NCBI RefSeq assembly: GCF_963676685.1
Contig: NC_092349.1
Span: 23,746,001 to 23,810,000, forward strand
Reading direction: 5' to 3'
Length of the DNA: 64,000 bases
Source: Mytilus edulis
Taxonomy: Eukaryota
Below, piece after piece: positions 24,503-33,790 of this stretch (the stretch's first letter is position 1; every line of letters starts with the position of its first letter). The translations under genes and the position numbers were made by a program. The notes beneath the pieces were generated by a model. It worked only from the letters and a program-made list of their open reading frames with translations. It ran no database searches and was not told the origin of the DNA.

Positions 24503-25025
24503 ATGAAATCATAATCTTTCAGTCAGTTTAATTGAAGTCTGGAGCTGGCATGTTAGTTAACTGCTAGTAGTCTGTTGTTATATATGTATTATTGTCATTT
24601 TGTTTATTTTCTTTGGTTACATCTTCTGACATCAGACTCGGACTTCTCTTGAACTGAATTTTAATGTGCGTATTGTTATGCGTTTACTTTTCTACATTGG
24701 CTAGAGGTATAGGGGGAGGGTTGAGATCTCACAAACATGTTTAACCCCGCCGCATTTTTGCGCCTGTCCCAAGTCAGGAGCCTCTGTCCTTTATTAGTCT
24801 TGTATTATTTTAATTTTAGTTCCTTGTGTACAATTTGGAAATTAGTATGGCGTTCATTATCACTGAACTAGTATATATTTGTTTAGGGGCCAGTTGAAGG
24901 ACGCCTCCGGGTGCGGGAATTTTTCGCTACATTGAAGACCTGTTGGTGACCTTCTGCTGTTGTTTTTTTCTATGGTCGGGTTGTTGTCTCTTTGGTACAT
25001 TCTCCATTTCCATTCTCAATTTTAT

Positions 25026-25508
25026 GTTGATGTTTTAAAGGAACTGTTACAACATTCAGCTGATGTCAATAAAAGTAACCTAAATGATGCATCACCTCTG
25101 TATATAGCAAGTCAGAATGGACATGTTGATGTTGTTAAAGAACTGTTACAACATTCAGCTGATGTCAATAAATGTACTAATCATGGCACATCACCACTAC
25201 TGATTGCTTCTAACAACAACATGGTACATGTCCTTCTCCAGAGTGTTCATATCAAAATTGATTTATGTGATGAAAACGGATGTTCTTCACTTTATCAAGC
25301 AAGTCAGGAAGGACATTTGAATGTTGTTGAAGAACTGTTACAACATTCAGCTGATGTCAATAAAAGTAACATCAATGATGCATCACCTCTATATTTAGCA
25401 AGTCAGGAAGGACATGTTGATGTTGTTAAAGAACTGTGACAATAATGGTGTATCACCTCTGTATAAAGCAAGTCAGAAGGGACATGTAAATGCTGTTAAA
25501 GAACTGTT
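25026..25508 (+). pseudogene. Orphaned ankyrin-repeat exon segment between the two retroelements
   Basis: Same repeat units as the main exon (VDVLKELLQHSADVNKS...), with deletions at ~25225 and ~25437. Confidence 0.9.
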
Positions 25509-26086
25509 TTTTATTTTTTTTTTTTATCTAAAATCTGATTTATTGCACTATTGCTGTTATAATTAATACCATGTCTACAGCATTTGACAGGGCATCCCTG
25601 AAGCGTTAGTTTTACTGAACAAACAGGGAGATTGTTCAGTAAATTATTAATAATAATAATAAATGGTTAGATTTACATGTTACAATATTGTGTATACAGA
25701 TTAAACAGATTACTACAGAAATTATTTTCCGGAAAAAAATACATTCGTGAACCGCTTTGACTCTGTATATATGCTAGTTGACCTGGTCATGACCTATTGA
25801 TCAAGGATTACACGATGGAGGCAAATTAACAGTCGAAGCAGTTTGTTGTATATTAATTATGTAGGTGAACATACTTGGTTACGAATTGAAGTACATTATA
25901 TAAGTATATTTATTTATGAGTATGTGATATATTAAATGAAGGATGCGTCAGAATAGTAGGGGTTTAATCTTTATCACTGATCATGATCATGACGAAGTCT
26001 ACAACACGTGGTTTTAAGATTAACTAATATAGAGACACATGTATTGCTGAATAAATTAGCATATAGCATATATGCGAGAATAATAA

Positions 26087-29000
26087 TTATATGTATAAGC
26101 TTATTTCTTTCAAAATTTTACCATGTTTACCACCTGAAAGTGTCGAAATATTTAAGTAGTTCAAAAAATCTTTTTTGAACAGGGCATACACATCAAAATT
26201 TGTAGTTTTATAATTTGAACTGTGAGTGCACTTGTGGATAGAAAATGTAATGAGTGTCACCAACAGATTTATATCATAATAATTGATATCACCGATTTTA
26301 TATCCTATAATGAGGTTTCTGTAGTTTAGGATATGATGACCTATTTTAACTTTATTTAATAGTATTTTGATCTTTTCCCAAAAAGTTTTAAAGTAACGAC
26401 ATTCTAGGAAAAAATGTTTATAATCTTCTGTTACATTACATAAGTCGCATTTACTGTCTTCTTTTATCTTCCATTGAAAAAGCAATTGTTTGCAAGGAAG
26501 GATATGATGCAGCAATTTCCATTTAAATATTTTTAATCTGTTATCTTTTAAATAAGTAAATATAAAGTTAAGCATTGATTTAATTGGAATTAACGAATCT
26601 AAATTTAGGACACGTTTCCATTTAAAGAAACCTGGAGGCGTGTCTTCATTTCCACTATTAATGTGTGTGTATATCTGTTTTGTTTCCATTACTTGTAAAA
26701 TTATTATCTTATTTTTTTCTTTTGTATTGATGCAAAGGTTAAGTTTATTTTTTACTTTTGATTTTATTGATTTTTCTGATTTAAGTACCTTGAGCCATTC
26801 ATTTGGTAAGGCATAATTAAGTTTTGAAATTTCAAACATTAAATTGGATTTTGAGGATATTTTATTAGATATTATTTCTTGAGAGATATTACCATTTTGG
26901 TCTATTATATCGTTAACGTATATAATACCTTCTTTTATCCAATTTATAAAAACTAAACACTTTCCTTGAAATTTTATCAGTTTGTTTCCCCATAAGATTT
27001 GTTGTCTAATGTTTTTAAAATTCATATTGAGTTTGGTATTATTTAAATTTTGTACTTTGAACCATGACTTTACAATTTCTAAGTAGAATTTTGGTAAAGT
27101 TTTATGTAGGTTTTGTATTGAGTAAATGTTGTCTAGATTCATGTAAAGTAGCATGAAATTAGCACCAAATTTATTAAAGTAAAATGTCGGAATTACTTTC
27201 CAGTTAGCAAAATCATCTGCAGTAAGTCTTTTTATCCATGCTATTTGTAGTGCAGTTATATAATTGTCTATATCTGTCATTTTAAGCCCTCCCTCAGTAG
27301 TATTTTTGCTAAGGGTGGTTCGTTTGACCTTTTCTCGTTTACCATCCCATATAAAATTGTAGATAATAGTTTTAAACTGTTGAATAAATTCATGTGGTAG
27401 GTTTGTGACTGAAGCTAAATATGTAAGGTTAGGTATAAGAAGAGATTTTACAACTGTTATTTTACCTATCATTGTAAGATTTCTTTTTTTCCAATTACTT
27501 ATTAATTTGTCACATTTCTGTATTATTTTTTCAGTATTCAGCTTATCACATTCAGCTCGATCTGTTCCAAAATAAACTCCTAGACTTTTTATTGGTCCTT
27601 TATTCCATGTTATATTTTCAAACTTATCTTTACAATGTTTTAATTTTCCTAACCAAATGCCCTCAGTTTTTGATCTATTTAATTTTAAACCTGATAGCGT
27701 TCCAAAGATTTCAATAATATTAAGAGTGTGACGTACTTCATCTTTTGATTTTAGAAAAAGTGTTGTGTCGTCAGCTAATTGAGAAATCTTTAAACTGTGT
27801 GTTTTAGTATCTAGCTTAATTTGAAAACCTTTGATGTTGTTGTCTTGTCTTATTCTGCAGGACAAAATTTCTACAGCAATAACAAAAATCAGGGAACTTA
27901 ACGGGCAGCCTTGTCTAATACCGCGTTTAATGTTATATGGTGATGAGACCCACCCATTGTTTAACATACAACCCGTTATGTCTTTGTACAGAGTTTTAAC
28001 CCATTTGATAAAAGGATTTGGAAGGCCGAATTTCTTGAGTGCTTCATACATAAATGGCCATTCCAATGAGTCAAAGGCCTTGGAAAAATCTATGAAGAGC
28101 AATGCTCCTTCAATATTAAAGTATTCTGCATGGTCTATTATGTCTTGAATTTGACGAATGTTGAAACCTATATATCTATTTTTTATGTAACCATTTTGGT
28201 CACTATGGATGATTTTAGTTAGTATTGGTTTAAGACGTTGTGCTAAAGAATATGCCATAAGCTTTGTATCAACATTGAGTAAAGTAATTGGTCTATAGTT
28301 GTCTAAAAGAAGTGGGTTTCCCTTTTTATATAATAAAGAGACTACTCCTATTTTTTGTAGTGTGCTCATTTCTTCCTTTTGATAGCATGTGTTAAAAACT
28401 TTAACAACAATTTCTTTTAAATTTGTCCAGAAGGTTTGATAAAATTCTACACTGATCCCGTCGATGCCCGGTGATTTATTTAATTTCATAGATTTAATAG
28501 CTTCTGTACATTCTTTTATGGTAAGCTCCCCTTCTAGATTTTGAGTTTCCTCATGAGAAAGAGTTTTATCTACTTTTGTTTCTGTTATATATTTTTTTAT
28601 TTCATTTTCATTAGGATTTGTACTTTTATATAAATTTTCATAGAAGTTTTTTTCTAACTTTAAAATTTCAGATGAATCTATTATAATTTCTCCTTTTTCA
28701 TTCGTAAGTGCAGAAATATTTTTATGAGTTTGTCTGGATTTTTCAAGGCCTATAAAAAATTTTGTGTTTTTTTCTCCTTCTTCTGTCCATTTTACACGTG
28801 ATCTAACCTGAGCTCCCTTTGCTTCATTTATGTAAAGGTTCTCTAGTTTTTTCTCAGCATTGTTTATTCTATTTTGAACATTATTATCCTGTAAGTTTTC
28901 TGCATTTTCGTTCAATTTTTTTAATGACAGTTCTAATTTAATTATTTCATTTTTATTTTCAGCTTGTTTTTGCCTACAGTATTTAATGGTTATGTCTCTT

Positions 29001-29893
29001 ACTTCAGCTTTAAAAACGTCCCACTTAACTCGAGGATCTACAGCCGTAGTAAGTATTTTTTGTTTATAAGTTTGAATTAAGTTATTAATGAGATTTTGAT
29101 ATTTTTTGTCATTCAATATACTGTTATTAATTTTAAAGAAACCTCGGCCTCTACTGTGTGCTTTGTGTCTTAGCTTTAATGAAATTGCCTGATGATCAGT
29201 GTAAGAAATAGCAGCGGGTCTAATATCTGCTGCTGTAATATGTGGTCTTATATCAGAGCTAATAAGAAAATAATCTATTCTGCTTGCTATGTTAAAGTTA
29301 TTTTTCCTTCTCCAGGTGAACTGTCTTTTGTTTGGGTTAATTTCTCTCCATATATCAACTAACTTATGTTTTTTTATTAATTGTTTCAAACTATTTACAG
29401 GTTTATTAAATTTTTGTGTACTTGTACTTTTTCTGTCGTTTTCAGTCAGACTTTCATTTATATCCCCTCCAAGTATTAAAATGCCTAATCTATTATTTTC
29501 AATTAAGTTGTTTATTTTTTTGAAGAAAGAATTTCTATTTCTTTGTATATTTGGTGCATAAACATTAACTAAAGTGAAGATGTTATTATCAAGTTCTACA
29601 TTAATTAGAATAAACCTGCCCTCCTCATCTTTTATTTCATTTATTATTTTGTGATTTATGTTTTCTTTAATTAAAATTGAAACACCTCTGGATAGGGAAT
29701 TGCCAAAGCTATGGTATATCTTACATTTAGTTTCACTATTTATTACATTTATGTTTTTATCGGTGAAATGGGACTCTTGAATAAACAAGATGTCACATTT
29801 TTGATTTTCACACCAAATATATAGTCTGTCTCGCTTTTCTTTTTTCCCTAGCCCTTGGCAGTTCAAGGAGCAAATATTTAAATTATTACTCAT
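26087..29893 (-). CDS. LINE ORF2: AP endonuclease, reverse transcriptase and C-terminal CCHC, 1268 aa, intact
   Basis: SLNCQGL, IQESH, NVYAPN, GGDIN, RIDY, TDH; KSPGIDG, YRPITLLN, DFSKAFD, GIRQGCPLS, LADD; CDLC...HFFLEC. Confidence 0.97.
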   Translation of the reverse strand: MSNNLNICSLNCQGLGKKEKRDRLYIWCENQKCDILFIQESHFTDKNINVINSETKCKIYHSFGNSLSRGVSILIKENINHKIINEIKDEEGRFILINVELDNNIFTLVNVYAPNIQRNRNSFFKKINNLIENNRLGILILGGDINESLTENDRKSTSTQKFNKPVNSLKQLIKKHKLVDIWREINPNKRQFTWRRKNNFNIASRIDYFLISSDIRPHITAADIRPAAISYTDHQAISLKLRHKAHSRGRGFFKINNSILNDKKYQNLINNLIQTYKQKILTTAVDPRVKWDVFKAEVRDITIKYCRQKQAENKNEIIKLELSLKKLNENAENLQDNNVQNRINNAEKKLENLYINEAKGAQVRSRVKWTEEGEKNTKFFIGLEKSRQTHKNISALTNEKGEIIIDSSEILKLEKNFYENLYKSTNPNENEIKKYITETKVDKTLSHEETQNLEGELTIKECTEAIKSMKLNKSPGIDGISVEFYQTFWTNLKEIVVKVFNTCYQKEEMSTLQKIGVVSLLYKKGNPLLLDNYRPITLLNVDTKLMAYSLAQRLKPILTKIIHSDQNGYIKNRYIGFNIRQIQDIIDHAEYFNIEGALLFIDFSKAFDSLEWPFMYEALKKFGLPNPFIKWVKTLYKDITGCMLNNGWVSSPYNIKRGIRQGCPLSSLIFVIAVEILSCRIRQDNNIKGFQIKLDTKTHSLKISQLADDTTLFLKSKDEVRHTLNIIEIFGTLSGLKLNRSKTEGIWLGKLKHCKDKFENITWNKGPIKSLGVYFGTDRAECDKLNTEKIIQKCDKLISNWKKRNLTMIGKITVVKSLLIPNLTYLASVTNLPHEFIQQFKTIIYNFIWDGKREKVKRTTLSKNTTEGGLKMTDIDNYITALQIAWIKRLTADDFANWKVIPTFYFNKFGANFMLLYMNLDNIYSIQNLHKTLPKFYLEIVKSWFKVQNLNNTKLNMNFKNIRQQILWGNKLIKFQGKCLVFINWIKEGIIYVNDIIDQNGNISQEIISNKISSKSNLMFEISKLNYALPNEWLKVLKSEKSIKSKVKNKLNLCINTKEKNKIIILQVMETKQIYTHINSGNEDTPPGFFKWKRVLNLDSLIPIKSMLNFIFTYLKDNRLKIFKWKLLHHILPCKQLLFQWKIKEDSKCDLCNVTEDYKHFFLECRYFKTFWEKIKILLNKVKIGHHILNYRNLIIGYKIGDINYYDINLLVTLITFSIHKCTHSSNYKTTNFDVYALFKKDFLNYLNISTLSGGKHGKILKEISLYI

Positions 29894-31022
29894 CTAAATA
29901 ATGAACTATACATGTATTAGCAAAGATTACTACAGAGATATACATCATAACAAACTGTTTTAATTTGTTGTATACAATACAACTATGACTAAACGTATAA
30001 TAGTAGTAATGCATGAGTATATATAATATATATGTATCATTATAATATGTGTTTTTTACAATAATACAGTTTTGTACTTGTGCCTGTATGTAAATGTATA
30101 TAGGAGCTTGATTTTCAGAAATTACTTTTTCTATTTTCAGATATTTGAATTGTTCAATAAGGAGTGTTCGAGTGCTCAACAACATTATAACTGTGATCAA
30201 ATGAAATATATTCTCAACAGTTTTTGATGACGTCTTAAATTTTCCATACATTTGAACCTGGAAATGATATCTTTTTGTGTAGAATTCTTTGGAGATTTTT
30301 AAATGTTCACTTAACGCTGCTGTACATGTGTGTATCATGTGTTTTAATAAGATATGGATCTGTACTTCAAGTGAATATACTGCGTCAAAATGATTAGCAT
30401 AGCTGGTTGTGGAATATGTGTGTCTTGATAGTATGGTGCAAAAATATATGAGTGCAATTCGTTTCGTACTTCCTGTGTGTGATGCGATATATGGTGATAT
30501 ACTACATATAGTTGCGTACCATATTTGCAATTTCGTAGGAATATGAAGTGGTTGGTATATTTTCCGATTATTCTTGTTTGAATTGCAGAAAATAGAAGAT
30601 TTGTTTGTACAATCAGTGCTTACGTGTAATAAAAGCATTTTGGTGATGAACCGAATTAAACAAATGCAGCCTAATGACGTGGATAGTAGAACTAGTGATC
30701 GTTTCATTTTGTTAACTAGTGAATAAAAGTTTTTTCTTTTTGTTGGTTTAATGCTTGTTTTAAAATTATCTGTTTCTTTCAGACATATGTTTTTGTTGGT
30801 ATTTTGTGAATAAACATACATATAAGATAAATTACATATTACACTGTTTTCTATTTCTACATCATCATGATCATCAATTGAGAACATATGATCTAGTTTT
30901 GTGTCATATTTCTCTTTTTGATTGGTTAATATACATGTACTACTCTTATCAACACAAATACAATATACAATATGTATAGAGGATAAGTAGTTTTCATTTT
31001 CGATATCATTATTCAAACACAT
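29886..31022 (-). CDS. Unknown 378-aa ORF between LINE ORF1 and ORF2
   Basis: ATG-initiated and open for 1137 nt in very AT-rich DNA. Its end overlaps the ORF2 start by 8 nt (G-ATG-AG-TAA). Several hydrophobic stretches, no recognisable domain. Confidence 0.5.
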   Translation of the reverse strand: MCLNNDIENENYLSSIHIVYCICVDKSSTCILTNQKEKYDTKLDHMFSIDDHDDVEIENSVICNLSYMYVYSQNTNKNICLKETDNFKTSIKPTKRKNFYSLVNKMKRSLVLLSTSLGCICLIRFITKMLLLHVSTDCTNKSSIFCNSNKNNRKIYQPLHIPTKLQIWYATICSISPYIASHTGSTKRIALIYFCTILSRHTYSTTSYANHFDAVYSLEVQIHILLKHMIHTCTAALSEHLKISKEFYTKRYHFQVQMYGKFKTSSKTVENIFHLITVIMLLSTRTLLIEQFKYLKIEKVISENQAPIYIYIQAQVQNCIIVKNTYYNDTYILYILMHYYYYTFSHSCIVYNKLKQFVMMYISVVIFANTCIVHYLDE

Positions 31023-31306
31023 ATAATCTAAATTATATCGTATTTTTTTTTAATTTTTTTTTTAACATAATAAATAAAAGTCATGAAAAAACATAAAATG
31101 AGAACATTGTTTATGTTTACCATAACATCAGTTGGACACATACAATCTATTATTACAAAGAGTTCTTTTTTTTTGTTTGTATTTTACACTATAAATAAAA
31201 ACACAGAAAAAAAGTAAATATATACAAATGTTCATGGAAATAGGTATATAATTTTACTATTTAATGCTTATAAAATTTATATACATTTAGTTGAGCCGGA
31301 TGATAG

Positions 31307-32605
31307 TTAGGGTCCCTTTGGTTTCTGAATATTTGATGTTCGTTCGTGAATTTGGTCAGTTGGTGTTGTTGCTGCGCGTTTGTCTTTGCGTCCATCAGGG
31401 GTTCCAACATTGTTGTTTCCTTGGAAGTGAAAGAACAATGTTGATTGATTAGGATTGTCCTCGTTGTCTTTATTAAGTTGTTGTGTACCGGTTTTTTTGC
31501 CAGACTTTTTTTTAGCTTTTGCCTTTTTAATTTTATTGTTATGTTTGGATGCTGAAATGCCTTGGTGTTCAGGTTCGTTCATAATGAGAGCTGCATCCTT
31601 TTTATTTGAAGCATTATAGCTGAAACTTGCGCTTGTCACATTGAAATTTTGCATAAAAGACGGAGACTGGTTGGTGGTTCCCATCTTTTCAGTATTTGTT
31701 TTAAGTTCAGATGTATTTTCATTTTCACTTGTTGAATCTTCAGATTCATGCATGCTAGCATTATTGACGTTGACTGGATGTTCTTGAGCGTGGGCAATAA
31801 CGGTCTCGAAATTTGGACATTCAGCTTTCTTATGTCCTGGGTTGTTGCATGTTGTACATACCCACTCATTTGGGCATTCTCTGAGCACGTGCCCAGTTTG
31901 TAGACATTTGTTACATGTGAGCTGAGATGAATCAGTTTTCTGTTCTTTGTGTAACAAAACGGCCATATATTTACCAATTTTAAGAGTTCTAGGCAAGACC
32001 TTTTCCATGGGTTCACAGTATAATATCCTGTCTCCTGTTTGGCAGTTGGTGAGTAAACCGTCCACTCTGAGTCGCTCTCTGTCTAATGAGTGGACTGTCC
32101 CTCCAAGATTTTCTACTGCCCTCATAATCTGTCCATCCTCAGCAGAGCATGGGATGTTCTTGACCCTAACACGCCAGTGATGAGGATTGTCATGATCGTA
32201 TACCTTTGAATTAGGATTGCGGGTATAGATTTTCAAAAGTTTTTTCCTTAAAACCAGTCCCTTTGTTATTAAGGTGTCTCTGTCAGTTTCAGAGTCGGGA
32301 TAAATTCGCCACATCCCTTTTACCCTTTGCAAACCTCTGAGGTTCCTAGAATTAACAATATGATCAATGGATTTGTAAAGTTCAACATGGTTGAGAAACT
32401 GACCTATGCTTGGTTTGACATCACCAAACAGGTCTTTCTCTAGCAGGAAAACTGGCTTAACCGAATCAAGTATCTCGTGTGGGTTCATGGGATTTTCAAC
32501 CTGATTGTTGGCCATCAGACCGTTTTTCACTGCGTTTTTGTATGACTCTGGTAGGTTTTTAATATGGCTGACATCAGCACTATTGATGTCCGAACTTGCC
32601 ATCAT
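31307..32605 (-). CDS. LINE ORF1 (RRM-like region and two CCHC zinc knuckles)
   Basis: GLQRVKGMWRIY, VRVKNIP, CNKCLQTGHVLREC and CTTCNNPGHKKAEC. First ATG at 32605 (MMASSD). Confidence 0.92.
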   Translation of the reverse strand: MMASSDINSADVSHIKNLPESYKNAVKNGLMANNQVENPMNPHEILDSVKPVFLLEKDLFGDVKPSIGQFLNHVELYKSIDHIVNSRNLRGLQRVKGMWRIYPDSETDRDTLITKGLVLRKKLLKIYTRNPNSKVYDHDNPHHWRVRVKNIPCSAEDGQIMRAVENLGGTVHSLDRERLRVDGLLTNCQTGDRILYCEPMEKVLPRTLKIGKYMAVLLHKEQKTDSSQLTCNKCLQTGHVLRECPNEWVCTTCNNPGHKKAECPNFETVIAHAQEHPVNVNNASMHESEDSTSENENTSELKTNTEKMGTTNQSPSFMQNFNVTSASFSYNASNKKDAALIMNEPEHQGISASKHNNKIKKAKAKKKSGKKTGTQQLNKDNEDNPNQSTLFFHFQGNNNVGTPDGRKDKRAATTPTDQIHERTSNIQKPKGP

Positions 32606-32795
32606 CAAAATGGTTATTTGTCCGTATATTTGTGAAAAATATTGCAACAGATGGTTATAATACAAGTGTCTACCTAGTATGCACCTATTCAGTATACTTA
32701 TACTCTGGATTACGTCTTTAAACTATTGATTTTACTTGGATTTATAGGAGCGAAAAAATTTCCGTGGAATACCTTCGGCCCCTTACGTTCATATC

Positions 32796-33004
32796 CTGTT
32801 AAATCATTCAACTAATGTCAATAAGTGTGACAATAATGGTGCATCACCTCTGTATGTAGCAAGTGAGAATGGACACGTTAATGTTGTTAAGATTTGTTAC
32901 AACATTCAGCTGATGTCAATAGGTGTAACGCTGAAGGTCAAAATCCTGTTAATGTGGCACATGAGAATGAACATTTTGAAATAGAATCATTGTTACTAAA
33001 ATAA
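32796..33004 (+). pseudogene. Original 3' end of the ankyrin exon
   Basis: Last repeats ...GASPLYVASENGHVNVV...GQNPVNVAHENEHFEIESLLLK* (TAA at 33002-33004), with a 1-bp deletion near 32890. Confidence 0.88.
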
Positions 33005-33511
33005 ATCCAAGCCAACAATTATGTCACAATGATTAATTGAAATCACGGATCTTTTCATATTTTTGTGTTTTACCAAATTTATACATTGTAATTTTGTTCT
33101 GACTGTATACATGGTGTATGTCTTTCTTGAAAAGAGATTTTTGACAGTTTATGATTAACTATGATAACTCTATGTTCTTTAATTTAAATTAACATATAAA
33201 CAATGAACTTTGGTTTAATGGCACATGGATTATATCATATACTAGAAAATCAGATAAACTATTACATATTCTCTATGTGTTTAAAATAATTGTTAAACAG
33301 TGAGATAATAAGTTCAAAAGATTATATGTTATTGTTTGTACATTTTCCAATACTAATCATCATTGATAGAAACAAGTTGATAAAGATCTATAAAAGGTGA
33401 TCAATTGTTATTGCTAAGTAAAGAATGCCATCGTTCTCAATTGCTTCTGAATTGTAGAAAAACATTTGCATGTTTTTGTTTGACTATACACATTTTTTGT
33501 GCCATTTGGAT

Positions 33512-33790
33512 AAATAAACTCATCATAGGTACCATGATTAAATTTTATATTTACGCCAGGCGTGCATTTCGTCTACAAAAGACTCATCATTGACGCTCGA
33601 ATCACCAAAAAAGTTATAAAGACGTAATAAAGTAAGAAATTGAGGAGCATTGAGGACCAAAATTCCTAAATATTATGCCAAATACATATAAGGTAATATA
33701 TATGAGGTAGAAAAGCCTTAGTATTTGAAAAGTTCAAATTTTTAGTAAATAGTTAATTTGTAAATATGATCATATCAATGATAATGCATC
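33512..33790 (-). mobile_element. Retrozyme-like repeat with an inactivated hammerhead
   Basis: Minus strand reads GCGTCA-ATGATGA-GTCT tttgt AGAC-GAAA-TGCAC-GCC-TGGCGT at ~33553-33596. Homologous to 15130-15308. Confidence 0.7.

Larger units (their letters stand above)
21527..25025 (+). mobile_element. Naiad-clade Penelope-like retroelement (N-terminal GIY-YIG EN, C-terminal RT) inserted in the ankyrin exon
   Basis: Interrupts an ankyrin unit between CAGGAAGG (ending 21526) and GTTGATG (starting 25026), with no TSD. IIYLLT...YVGETG...EH...YPLGLN precedes the RT motifs DFSTLYT, GIPMGTNCAP and YLDD. Confidence 0.92.
25509..32795 (-). mobile_element. Full-length Tx1/L1-clade non-LTR retrotransposon (~7.3 kb)
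   Basis: Poly(A) tail (T run at ~25507-25525 on the plus strand), AATAAA at 25544-25539 on the minus strand, TSD CTGTT at 25504-25508 and 32796-32800, and intact ORF1 and ORF2. Confidence 0.95.

Noticed and set aside
24960-25439. Independent 159-aa ankyrin gene
   Set aside because: Its N-terminus is the Naiad 3' end fused by chance to the orphaned exon segment, and the start codon is non-ATG.
27831-29561. Plus-strand ORFs inside the LINE
   Set aside because: They are antisense shadows of ORF2 with no domain signal.
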